NCBI GenBank assembly: GCA_963770935.1
Contig: CAVYRJ010000011.1
Location: 32,001-96,000, forward strand
Length of the DNA stretch: 64,000 nt
Direction: 5' to 3'
Source: Candidatus Bathyarchaeota archaeon
GTDB lineage: Archaea > Thermoproteota > Bathyarchaeia > Bathyarchaeales > Bathycorpusculaceae
Shown piece after piece: positions 19,913 through 29,845 of the stretch. Below the pieces are notes generated by a model. It did not search any database. It saw only the letters and a list, made by a program, of their open reading frames with translations, and was not told the origin of the DNA. Each line of letters starts with the position of its first letter. The first letter of the stretch is position 1. The translations under genes and the position numbers were made by a program.

Positions 19913-21094
19913 GTGTCGACGCTCATGAAGTTAAAAGGCTTACCCCTTAACCTTGATGTTTATGAGACTTCTGAAGTATTAACGAACAAACATTTCCAAC
20001 AATACCAGTTGTCTGACTTCGAACGGCTTTATCTTCCCCCGAGCATGAGGCCATTCATGAATCTTAAACCCTTGGAGACCAAGGAGTTTATTGCTGACGA
20101 TAACCGAGGCGCTGTTTCTGCTTTTCCTTGCTTGAAAATAGACGACACTGACTTTTATCTTTCAGTTAAAGGTATTGGCTCCCCAACTCACCCGTTTTCT
20201 AGGCAGCTTCTTGGCAAAGCCGAGATTTGCGCTACTCTGAAAGATTCCGTTCTTCGAGAGCGAATTGTGGCATGTGAGGAGAAGGCTCCGAGATATCTTA
20301 CGGGAGAGTTGTGGCTGAGAGGTTCTCCATATGGCGGACAGGGACTTGAGCATGCGACTACTGCTCTGAGAGTGTCAGAAATGGCTGATATTACCTCGGT
20401 TAATGGATTTAGGGTAGCTCCCTTGATAAAAATCGTCTTTCTCCCAGTTGCTCTTGAGCGGGAGGTTAAGAAGGTTTTTTGGTATCGCCAATTCAAAGGA
20501 CGAATAGTTCAGGAAACAAGGCTTGTTCCTTCCAACGTGCGCATTCACTTCCATTCAGGAAGCACAGTGGGAGGAAACATACATTCTGTTTTCGACCTAT
20601 TTGGAATTGACACTGATGATAAATCAATAGATTTTTTGAAGAATTTTCTGAGGAGCGGCATTGCATTCTTAACGTTATTTTCAAGGACATTGAAGCATAA
20701 TCAAGATGGGACTTACTCGGGTTTAGATTTCTATGATGTCTGGTTAGATAAAGATGCAGTGCTTGCTTCGGATGGTACAATTTTCTTTGTGGATCTCGAA
20801 GGCTTAGAGTGGATAACTGTCGCGGAAGAAAAAATCCCAGAGAAAATAGACGACCAAATCTACAGGTCTCTGTACGAATTAATGTATGCCTATGAACAGA
20901 TACAGCGGGAACGCTCAGCTAGATTTGGAGTCGTAGCTGATAGGGCATCGCAATTCGAAATTTTGCTTAGAAGCGCAATGGAGAATGATGAGGTTGTAAG
21001 CCTTGCAAGTGAGGGGCAAAGCCTTAAACTGGAAATATCTAACATATTAGGGAAACGAAATCTAACCAGGGAATTTACAATATTGGAGCGGTGA
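19913..21094 (+). CDS. divergent protein-kinase-like fold protein, SelO (AMPylase)-like
   Basis: Ordered motifs DDNRG, VKGIG, HPFSR, RLVPSNVR, DVWLDKD and FVDLEG parallel the SelO motifs GDGR, LKGAG, TPYSR, RVAPSHLR, HGVMNTDN and LDYG. The fold call is an inference. Confidence 0.55.
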   Translation: MSTLMKLKGLPLNLDVYETSEVLTNKHFQQYQLSDFERLYLPPSMRPFMNLKPLETKEFIADDNRGAVSAFPCLKIDDTDFYLSVKGIGSPTHPFSRQLLGKAEICATLKDSVLRERIVACEEKAPRYLTGELWLRGSPYGGQGLEHATTALRVSEMADITSVNGFRVAPLIKIVFLPVALEREVKKVFWYRQFKGRIVQETRLVPSNVRIHFHSGSTVGGNIHSVFDLFGIDTDDKSIDFLKNFLRSGIAFLTLFSRTLKHNQDGTYSGLDFYDVWLDKDAVLASDGTIFFVDLEGLEWITVAEEKIPEKIDDQIYRSLYELMYAYEQIQRERSARFGVVADRASQFEILLRSAMENDEVVSLASEGQSLKLEISNILGKRNLTREFTILER

Positions 21095-21098
21095 TCAA

Positions 21099-22649
21099 AT
21101 GAAATGCAGCAATGTTAGAATCTTCTTCTCTCAAATCGCCGAGAAATCAGTTTTACCTCTGATTCCATCGGTGGACATGGATTTTCTATCCAAAAATGGT
21201 TACATTAATGTGATGCAAAATGAAGATTACAACAGAGGGTTAGCTGAAATATCAACTCTAACCCAGCTGAGCAATGACTTGATGAATCAGCGGATGGCGG
21301 AAAACAGCGAGAGAGCCCACTTGAATGAAGATGAAAGAAAAACACATTCGATCACTTTTCTATTTGAAGATAAAGAAAACAAAGAGGCTCAAAAGGAAGA
21401 GATAGAGAGCCATAAAGAAGCCGTCTCTAAGATGGAGGCTGACATAGCTAAAAGAGGATCTCAGATTAACGAGCTTATCAAGAAGAAATCTATCTTTGAC
21501 CGTATGGTACCATACAATGGGTATTATATTTCGCTGACGGGTGCTGGAATCATGATGCTAAACGATCTTAACATAAGAAATTACCGAGTGTCAGAACAAG
21601 AGTTCTCTGATTTTAGGGATGAAATTCAGGCGACGTTTGGCGAGTTAAGATCCATAGCAGAAATTGGCAGCTACCATTTCACCAACTTGTACCAGAGTTT
21701 TCCGGGAATTGACACGTCCCAGCTCTGGAGTTTATCGATAGGTTTAGCCAAACTCCAAGGCGACCCTAAACAAATTGGCCAGCGGTTCCTCTTTGCATTT
21801 GACCTAATCAAGAATTTCGATTCCACAATTGAGGACAAAATGATGGTTGGAGAAATAATGGCAGCCTCCAAAACGGCGCAACTACCAACTAATTCAGACC
21901 TTTTGGACCTATCGGAATCATTAAAGCAACTTGATAACCAACTCAAACGTGAAGCCAATGTTCCTAGTCTGCTTTCGACCGGCATTGCAGCCACTATTCT
22001 GTATGGCAGACGGTATGACGGTACTTTTCCCACCGACAGATTTGTAGAGTTCTCTAAAATCACAGCTTCATATGAGTCAGCTGCGATACTTGCTATCTTT
22101 AACGTGCCTTCAGATCAGCTAGTCAACAAATTCCAAGCTTACAGATACCTTTTTAGTTCCTGGGGATTCCAGATGTCAGAGGATACTGAGCTAGCTTCAG
22201 CTTTTCTATCTATCTCCGATTTTAAGCCAGAAGATGTACGATCGAAACTGACTATAATTGAGAATGGTCTTAAAAACTACTTAGAGTATCCGCTTGTCGC
22301 TGCTGCGATTCTTGCTTCGGTGCCAACGCTTGAAGCTAATGAACTTCTAAATCTTATGGAAAAAGCCTATTTCCTGCTTGGTTCCTATGTTAAAGACTTG
22401 GAGCGATCTGAAATGATAAGCCTTGCCGTAAGGATGATTCATGGAATAAGAAATGAAATTGTGAAAGAACTCGACCCAACTGCAGCTGTAGTAAAGACTC
22501 CTGTCCAGTTCACTTATGTTCCAACCCACCTCTTCTTCTTCTATTATGCACCGTTGATAATTGCCCACTCATCATACCACTCGACATTTAGCGGCATCGG
22601 AGGCTATCATCCGGCACACGTACATGGAGTTGGAGGTTTCATGGGATGA
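21099..22649 (+). CDS. hypothetical protein: N-terminal coiled coil, helical repeats, hydrophobic segment and His/Gly-rich tail
   Basis: 516-aa ORF starting 4 nt after the upstream stop; recurring short helices (YESAAILA, TELASAFL, YPLVAAAILA); ends GIGGYHPAHVHGVGGFMG. Confidence 0.75.
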   Translation: MKCSNVRIFFSQIAEKSVLPLIPSVDMDFLSKNGYINVMQNEDYNRGLAEISTLTQLSNDLMNQRMAENSERAHLNEDERKTHSITFLFEDKENKEAQKEEIESHKEAVSKMEADIAKRGSQINELIKKKSIFDRMVPYNGYYISLTGAGIMMLNDLNIRNYRVSEQEFSDFRDEIQATFGELRSIAEIGSYHFTNLYQSFPGIDTSQLWSLSIGLAKLQGDPKQIGQRFLFAFDLIKNFDSTIEDKMMVGEIMAASKTAQLPTNSDLLDLSESLKQLDNQLKREANVPSLLSTGIAATILYGRRYDGTFPTDRFVEFSKITASYESAAILAIFNVPSDQLVNKFQAYRYLFSSWGFQMSEDTELASAFLSISDFKPEDVRSKLTIIENGLKNYLEYPLVAAAILASVPTLEANELLNLMEKAYFLLGSYVKDLERSEMISLAVRMIHGIRNEIVKELDPTAAVVKTPVQFTYVPTHLFFFYYAPLIIAHSSYHSTFSGIGGYHPAHVHGVGGFMG

Positions 22650-23714
22650 ACAAAAAAGCAATCATTATCATAATTTCACTCTTAACCGTTATCTCTGTGC
22701 TTCCTCTTAGTGCAGCCTTCACTCCTCGTTCTGGTGATACATTCAGCTACTACGAAGTTACCGATCTCGGAAGTGGCACAGGTGATTACGCTGGATACAC
22801 TGAACATACAACCTACAGTGGAACAGAGGCAGTGACGGGCGTTAGTTCAGATGGCACTGTGTCCGCACATTACAGTTACAGCTACTCTTGGAGAAACAGT
22901 TCAGGCTCAACGGAGACTGGAAATCCGTCCGGTGACTTTACTTTCTCATCGAACAACTTCCTATACATCAACGGAACAGATGACCAATCAGGATACGCAA
23001 ACCCTACAGTATGGTTCGCCATGGATAACTCAATTCCAGTTGGAGGAACCTTCACTCTTTTAGATACACAAATGACGGTTATTTCAAGAAATTACAGTTA
23101 CTATCTGTCTTCACAGAACAAGTATGTTGGCACAATTTTTACTCAGGGAAGCTCAAGTTACCAACGAAATGACATATATGGACAATTTAATGCCGAATAC
23201 ACTTGGAACGTCTACTTTGACATCTCCACAGGATACATAGTGGGTTATACCTATGAAGAATATGATACTAGTCCTTCAGCGGGATTCAGATACACCGAAA
23301 ATCTCTACGTAACATCAACTAGCTATCCATTAGCCACCGTAGCCAGTCCAACTCCTGCACCATCCATTATTACAATAAGTCCCCGACCTTCAACCATAAC
23401 ACAATTTGTACCTGTATTCATTTTGCTGCCGGCGTTTGCGTTTATTCTAGTAATCATTATTGTTATTGCTGTTCTATACGCGGTTTCTAAGGGTAGCAAA
23501 AAACCTCTTCCTAGACACTCCTATGAACAACCGTATCAGCGATCGCCGCCACCTCCCAGGGCCACCACCGGAAAACATTGATTTGACACCAAATCAAGCG
23601 CCGGTACAGCAGATCGTGATAAGAGAGGTTGTCAAAGTTAAATGCCGTTACTGTGGAGCACTAATAGATTCAACAGCACAGACCTGTCCTTTGTGCGGAG
23701 CTCCCAGAACCTAA
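22646..23714 (+). CDS. secreted single-pass membrane protein with cytoplasmic Pro-rich linker and C-terminal Zn ribbon (frameshift near 23555)
   Basis: Signal peptide, Tyr/Thr/Ser-rich beta domain and a TM segment. PPPP continues into the 23460 frame, ending CRYCG...CPLCGAPRT. ATGA overlap with the upstream gene. Confidence 0.78.
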
Positions 23715-23733
23715 CTTTTTCATTTGCTTTTTC

Positions 23734-24480
23734 TTATGGGCATTTCTTAAAGTACTGATAAATCTGACCAGTCACTGACATATTTGCCTTAATCACATTA
23801 CCCGCAGAAGCCACGTTATAACGTGAAATCTCACAGAATGCCGAATGCGCACGATTTGACTTAAGCCAGAGAAGCCGAGCGTTTAAAATATCTTCACCTA
23901 TGCCCATTCTCCTAAACTGAGATTGAACAAAAAGCGAATGCAGTCTTCCAACTCCATTCACAAGTGAAACCCAACCTAAACCAGCTATTTCATCATTTAA
24001 CCTAACAATAAAACATCTATCACCATTCTTCAGAGCAACACGCACCCACCTCTTGTTTATTCTCGGATGGGTTAAGGCCATAAAATGCTCAACCTCATCT
24101 GCTTGTTCAATGTCGGCTACGGAAATTTCATAGCTAAACCTGTGAGAAAAGGCAAAATCGTCAAGATTAGCGGTGTAAATGTCATAGATCTCATTTTCCA
24201 GCTCCGTTTGCATTTCTGAGAAAAGAAAATTAAAGGGTTTAAGTGCATAGAAATAATCGAATATTTCCCTTGACCCTGTGTAAATCGTTCCGCCTTTTTC
24301 GCAACTGTCATAGATGAATATGCCAGTCAATAAGCCTTCTTGGGTTCTAGCTGTGTAAACCTCGCCGCCTATTTCAAAAATCTCTCGGAAATGGTACCCA
24401 AGGAAGGGCTCAAAAAAGGAGAAACCCACTGGAAAGACAAAATTGAGTTCTGATGTGCTATTAATTTGGGAGATCTGCAT
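23734..24480 (-). CDS. GNAT-family N-acetyltransferase
   Basis: C-terminal LHSLFVQSQFRRMGIGE acetyl-CoA motif A and NVAS. Confidence 0.85.
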   Translation of the reverse strand: MQISQINSTSELNFVFPVGFSFFEPFLGYHFREIFEIGGEVYTARTQEGLLTGIFIYDSCEKGGTIYTGSREIFDYFYALKPFNFLFSEMQTELENEIYDIYTANLDDFAFSHRFSYEISVADIEQADEVEHFMALTHPRINKRWVRVALKNGDRCFIVRLNDEIAGLGWVSLVNGVGRLHSLFVQSQFRRMGIGEDILNARLLWLKSNRAHSAFCEISRYNVASAGNVIKANMSVTGQIYQYFKKCP

Positions 24481-24588
24481 TTTCCTAATCAGCCATCTTT
24501 AGCCTGAGGCAACCTACCGCTATTATCAACTTCACTCTCATAAGCATACAATCAATAGGCAACGTTTTTAAGCACCATTAGTAGAATA

Positions 24589-24605
24589 TTAGTATATTAG
24601 AATAT
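24589..24605 (+). promoter_or_regulatory. candidate ArsR operator, copy A
   Basis: TTAGTATATTAGAATAT, 16/17 identical to 25593-25609. Confidence 0.45.
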
Positions 24606-24744
24606 AATTGAATGATGTTATGGTCTCGGGAAAACACTAAAAACGGGCAAAAAACTGTTTCAAAAACCGTTTCACAACTGTTTCACCGAACTATCATATC
24701 ATTCGAATAGTATAATATTAACAAAGATGGAGGAAAAATAAAAA

Positions 24745-25550
24745 ATGAAAAACTTGAAAATAGTAGGAGCAGTATTAGTTTTAGCACTCGTTGTTGTGGG
24801 TGCAACAGTAGCGACTGTTTTAGCCTTTGGATGGGGTGCACGAACACCGTATGGTCCTCAGGCAATCGTAGGTAATATGATGAATGCACCTCAAGCCCTG
24901 GGTCCGGTCACGCAGACTAACACTCAGACGCCAACTCTCTATACTCCTGCCCAAGTCAATTCCCCAGGATACACCGGCTATGGTGGACGGGGTGGATGTT
25001 GGGGACGTTGGGGCAACGGCGCAGGTTATCCAGCAACTGGGACAGCAGCAACTCCTTTAACAATTAATCAAGCAACTGACATAGCAAAAACATATGTCGC
25101 ATCATTAAACAACCCTGATCTTGCAGTAAAAGAAATCGAAGAATACGCCAACAACTTCTATGTGCTCGTCACTGAGAAAAGCACAAGCAATGGAGCATTC
25201 GAACTCTTGGTCAACAAATATACTGGCATAGTAACTCCTGAACCTGGTCCAAACATGATGTGGAACAACCAATACAGCTTCGGAGCAGGATTCTGCAATT
25301 GGCTCAGAGGAACAACCACAGCACCCCAACCGTCACAGTTGACCAAGCAAAAACCAACGCACAACAATATCTAACCAGCTACCTAGCAGGCACAACTGTC
25401 GGCGATGTTACAGAATTTAACGGTCACTACACAATCGAAGTCCTACAGAATGGAGCACCGTATGGGATGCTAAGCGTTAACAGCTTCACTGGACAAGTAT
25501 GGTACCATACATGGCACGGAGCCTTCATACAGGAACAGGCAGTTGCCTAA
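24745..25550 (+). CDS. secreted Gly/Met-rich protein with two PepSY-like repeats (frameshift near 25320)
   Basis: Signal peptide; TINQATDIAKTY...ELLVNKYTG...PEPGPNMMWN; the second repeat TVDQAKTNAQQY...MLSVNSFTGQVWYHTWHG lies in the 25260 frame. Confidence 0.78.
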
Positions 25551-25592
25551 ACCAAAATCTCTTTTTCTTTTTATATAAAATTTAAGAGAGGG

Positions 25593-25609
25593 TTAGTATG
25601 TTAGAATAT
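25593..25609 (+). promoter_or_regulatory. candidate ArsR operator, copy B
   Basis: TTAGTATGTTAGAATAT at the start of the ArsR gene. Confidence 0.45.
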
Positions 25610-25963
25610 TCGAAGGAACAGGCAATGGCTGAAAAACCCAAAATCGACATGACAATTTATAACTTACAGTCAGAGATATCAAAAACGTTAGCTAACCCCA
25701 TTCGCTTGGCAATTCTCCACTCCTTGAGAGATGGCGAAAAAAGTGTAAACGAGCTAACCGAAATCTTAAGCATAAGCCAATCAAACCTTTCCCAGCACTT
25801 AGCAATAATGAGGCAGAAAGGCATTCTCAAAACAAGAAAGCAAGGCACAAGCATCTTTTACAGCGTCACCAACCCAAAAATTAACCAAGCATGCGACATG
25901 GTTCGCGAGGTCCTATTAGACCAGTTGAATCAAAGACACGAACTATCTCAGAGTTTCCATTAG
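25598..25963 (+). CDS. ArsR/SmtB-family transcriptional repressor
   Basis: KTLANPIRLAIL...SVNEL...SQSNLSQHLAIMR..G...RKQG..IFY. The true start may be the downstream Met (MAEKP). Confidence 0.92.
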   Translation: MLEYSKEQAMAEKPKIDMTIYNLQSEISKTLANPIRLAILHSLRDGEKSVNELTEILSISQSNLSQHLAIMRQKGILKTRKQGTSIFYSVTNPKINQACDMVREVLLDQLNQRHELSQSFH

Positions 25964-25977
25964 GAGTAAATTGAAAA

Positions 25978-26154
25978 ATGTTTGGATGTGGTTGTTGCTC
26001 AATATTCGGTTCCATTTTTGGTTCCAGACAGGAAAATGGAGGAACACGAGAAGTCATACGAGAAGTAGTTGTAATTCCCTGCAAGTATTGTGGCACCCTT
26101 TTTCCGCAGACAGCAACTTTCTGTCCACACTGCGGAGCAAACAGGAAAACCTAA
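25978..26154 (+). CDS. 58-aa Cys-rich microprotein (CGCC plus Zn ribbon), absent from the ORF track
   Basis: MFGCGCCSIFGSIFGSRQENGGTREVIREVVVIPCKYCGTLFPQTATFCPHCGANRKT, with AGGAG upstream and a T-tract downstream. Confidence 0.8.
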   Translation: MFGCGCCSIFGSIFGSRQENGGTREVIREVVVIPCKYCGTLFPQTATFCPHCGANRKT

Positions 26155-26444
26155 TCTTAGTTTTTTCTTTTTTGGCGAAATTCACTAAGCTTAGAACAGA
26201 GGAATCAGCCTAATTTTCAGTTATTAGGTTATGAAATATAAGCTATTTTTGCAGAAGAAATTCAATAGCCCAAAGCATTAATGGTTTAAAGTCCAACATC
26301 CTAATCCAAGTGCTTAATCTCCAGCAAGCGCTACCAATCCCGCCAAACACCTAAATAGAATTTGAATAAATTTAGTTAAAAAAGTGAAAGATGCTATTTC
26401 ATGGGAAAAGAACTTGTTTTCAGGGCAAAGACCGGTCCTGTTTT

Positions 26445-26882
26445 TCAACGTATAGTAAAAGAGGGCGATTGGAAAAAATGACTTTTCGTGGTCCAAAGAT
26501 TTGCAGTGTAGTTTCCAGAACTCAAGTTAACGCCGCCCAAATTAACCGGTATTATCGAATTGTCATCGGATGCCAATTCAGCTGAAAATGGAACAATTGT
26601 AGCCACAGTAATCTGATTTGAATCTTTAATGACTACTGTATTGAATTCGATAGTTTTGCTGCACATTGATTGTACCTCGAGTAATAGCATATTATTATTG
26701 GTGCTATCAAATGCGACTTTTTGCACTACAGCGGTTTCCGTCATTCTCAAATCTATCGGTTTTTCAAATAATTTCCACGCCTCAAAATGAAATATAAGGA
26801 ATGATGTTCCTATAATTATTATTAATAGGACCAATATTTTCTTAGACGGATTCAAATGTCTAAGCCTCCAAAGAATTATCAC
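26445..26882 (-). CDS. hypothetical membrane-anchored small beta-domain protein
   Basis: N-terminal TM followed by a beta-rich domain. Confidence 0.55.
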   Translation of the reverse strand: MIILWRLRHLNPSKKILVLLIIIIGTSFLIFHFEAWKLFEKPIDLRMTETAVVQKVAFDSTNNNMLLLEVQSMCSKTIEFNTVVIKDSNQITVATIVPFSAELASDDNSIIPVNLGGVNLSSGNYTANLWTTKSHFFQSPSFTIR

Positions 26883-27222
26883 TTGCTTGATATATTAAAT
26901 GTTACGATTTAATTCATGGTTGAACTGTCTGTACAACAACTAACAAAAAAATCCCGTAAACTATCTTTTGTTATCCAAATTCTATCCAATTTAACTTCAT
27001 CCAACCAGACAAGGTTGTAAAATCGAAAGAATAGTTTCTAATTTAAGTTAACCTCAGAAAATTATAATTCATAAAATCCAAGATTCTTTCTAGAAATTAA
27101 ATTTATAATCCTTAACTAAAACCCTCGCAGAATTGAGAAGATAAAAACTACAAAAACGATATTGAACAAAAAATATGTGAAGAACGAGAAGCGAGATCGC
27201 TAAAATAAACAGCGATTGTTGC

Positions 27223-28492
27223 TTATTTCCCTGCAAGATTCAATGCTTGATTGATTGTTAGTATTTTCACTCCAGATGCTTTGGCGTAATTTAAGAAACT
27301 GGTAAAGTCCTCTACACTAATTCCTCCGTAAGTCACAGCATTGTTGTAACTAGCGACGTTGTGAAAATAGAAAACTGTCCATTCGTTGCTGTTTACTGTA
27401 CCGTCAATAAAACTTTTTAGCTTTGGAAGCAAAGTAGGGTACTGTGCGCCTTGACTTTGACTGTTGACAGCTGAAAGCTGAAATGGCGCATTCGCAATTG
27501 TCATTGGTGTGTAATATACTACGCGGGCAGAACGGTAGTATTGGCCTACGATACTGTTTGCGTAGCTAAGGTCACCTGTGCCGTAAGGGTAAGCAAAATT
27601 ATTTACATTTAAGCCGTAGGATTGTAGTGTTGCTTTGCTTTCGGAGCATTCTTGGCGTATTTGTGTTTCAGTTAGTTTGGTGAAGTCTACATGGCTGGCT
27701 GAGTGGCTGCCTATTTCGTTTCCGGCGTTTTGCATTTGCTGCAATTCGGATGCTGTTATTTTGTTGTATGGGTTGTCGGCGGGGAAGTATCCGGTGGGTA
27801 TGTAGAATGTTCCAACGATGTTTCTGTCCCGCATCAGCGGAAATGCTGTGGTGTATTGGCTGCGGGTGCCATCGTCGAAAGTGATTGAAATCACACCTCT
27901 GGATGTAGTAGGACTGGGAGTGGGCGTTGGTGTAGGAGTAGGAGTGCGTGTTGGTGTGGGAGCAGGCGTGGGTGTTGGAGTAGAGGTGGGTGTTGGATGG
28001 TGTGGGTGTTGGAGTAGGTGTTGGTGTTGGAGTAGGTGTGGGTGTTGGTGTGGGAGCGGGAGTGGGCGTTGGAGTAGGGGTAGGTTCTGGTGTGGGGTCA
28101 GGAGTAGGTTCTGGTGTGGGAGCAGGAGTGGGCGTTGGAGTAGAGTAGGTTCTGGTGTGGGAGTCAGGAGTAGGTTCTGGTGTGGGAGCAGGAGTAGGCG
28201 TTGGAGTAGAGGTGGGTGTTGGTGATGGTGTTGGAGAAGGAGTAGGTGTTGGTGTGGGAGCAGGAGAAGATGTGGCAGCAGGCTTTGGAGTAGCGGTAGG
28301 CACAAAAATTGGTGTTGGAGTTGGGCTAAATGAGGAAGTTGGGAACGGAGAAGGCGTTTCTAATGGAGTGGTTGAAGGTTGCAAAGTAGGCGTAGATAAG
28401 ACGTTTATCCCAAATAGACTCGCCCCGGTACTTCCAAGCGCAATAAAGAGTATTATTGACGCCGCAAGCACTATTGCTTTCTGTGAAAACAA
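27223..28492 (-). CDS. secreted polysaccharide deacetylase (NodB/CE4) with long Pro-Thr linker (frameshifts within the repeat)
   Basis: Signal peptide in the 28492 frame and PTPTP repeats; [21 protein letters not shown] and FYFH in the 27223 frame. Confidence 0.88.
27911..28330 (-). repeat. coding low-complexity (Pro-Thr)n tandem repeat
   Basis: Repeated GGTGTTGGAGTA/GGTGTGGGAGCA units encoding a PT linker. Confidence 0.9.
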
Positions 28493-28682
28493 TTTAATCA
28501 GAAGTCTCGCCTTCTCCTCTCATTTCAGACGGTCTATATTGTTGTCATATAGAAAATGAGCATAAAAGGTTTGTTAAAATTCGCGAAAAAAACTATTATG
28601 GATTATAAAAGCAGAGAAAAACAACTATGGTTTTAAATTTTTTAGCTCCATGCAAGCAAGAGAAGCAAATAACGACTATTTT

Positions 28683-29678
28683 TTATTTATTAGTGAAATA
28701 CGGTAGAACTTTTTCTCCAATAAACTCTATTCTATCAGGGAATGAATGGGTTACGAGTTCCACATGTGTCGCACCAGCATACAAGTACCTTTCAATTGTT
28801 TCGATAATATCATCCGGCGATGAAACAAAACAGAAGTTGTCCACAATAGTTTTATCAACGACAAGATTTGACATTTCTTGGATCTTTCTTGGATCCGTTT
28901 CGTCAAAAGATCCGTCGGCAAAAAACCCGGCTTCTCCTGTCCTTCTAACTTCTTCAACACCCACATTCTTATCGGCGAAATAAAGAGAAACCTCAACCAT
29001 CTTCTCCATCTTTGAAGGATCTTTTCCAACTTTTCTTGCAGACTCCTCAAAGCTTGGGAAAACCACATCTCGACAATTTTCTGGTGAGTTTACTGTTACA
29101 AGGTGATCTCCATAAATACCCGCGTATGCTGCTGCCTTTCTTCCTTGAGCAGCGAAATAAACAGGAATCTTTGTTTTAGGCTTTGTATAAAGAAAGAAGT
29201 TGTTCATCTTGAAATATTTGCCCTGATAACTGAAGTATTCTTCACTTTCCCACATCCTCTTCATCAAAACAACAGCTTCAGCTAACCTATCAATCCTCTC
29301 CTGCCATCTTGGCCATCCATTTGGAAAAAAGTTGGTTTCATTTATCGCTTCACCGGAACCAACGCCAAGTTGGAATCTTTCAGGGTACATGTTATCTAAA
29401 GTCGCGGCTGCTTGCCCGATGATTGCTGGATGATATCTACCTCCGATTGGTGAAGTAACAATTGGACCTACTTTGATCCTTTCAGTTCTGTCAAGAGCCG
29501 AAGCCATAACAGACCATACGAAGGCTGACTTGTTTTGGTTATGTATCCAAGGTAATAGATGATCACCAAACCACACCGCATTAAAACCGTATCTTTCAGC
29601 CACAACCACACATTCTACGAACTGCATCGGATCGTGATAGCCCTCTCCAATATTAACGCTAATTTGCAACCGAGACAA
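28683..29678 (-). CDS. LLM-class (luciferase-like) oxidoreductase, probably F420-dependent (FGD/Adf-like)
   Basis: AERYGF..VWFGDHLLPW, RYHPAIIGQAAATL, LGVGSGEAINE and LYTKP. Confidence 0.88.
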   Translation of the reverse strand: MSRLQISVNIGEGYHDPMQFVECVVVAERYGFNAVWFGDHLLPWIHNQNKSAFVWSVMASALDRTERIKVGPIVTSPIGGRYHPAIIGQAAATLDNMYPERFQLGVGSGEAINETNFFPNGWPRWQERIDRLAEAVVLMKRMWESEEYFSYQGKYFKMNNFFLYTKPKTKIPVYFAAQGRKAAAYAGIYGDHLVTVNSPENCRDVVFPSFEESARKVGKDPSKMEKMVEVSLYFADKNVGVEEVRRTGEAGFFADGSFDETDPRKIQEMSNLVVDKTIVDNFCFVSSPDDIIETIERYLYAGATHVELVTHSFPDRIEFIGEKVLPYFTNK

Positions 29679-29845
29679 TCAATTACCTCATTTAATGCTA
29701 CATCTCTTCGTTTGGTATAAACGGTAAGTAAACGCAAAAAGTGTTTGGGACGAAACCAAAAGGTTCTGCGTGGTTTCCATATTCAAAATAAGCGTTGCAT
29801 TTGATAGATTATTTTTTGAGAGTTAATTTTTTTTCTAGTATTTCT

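Noticed and set aside
27911-28330. Long tandem GT-rich repeats as a possible CRISPR array or VNTR element
   Set aside because: The units are 6-18 nt, have no unique spacers and encode the Pro-Thr linker of the deacetylase. The plus-strand Gly/Val/Cys-rich ORFs are antisense shadows.
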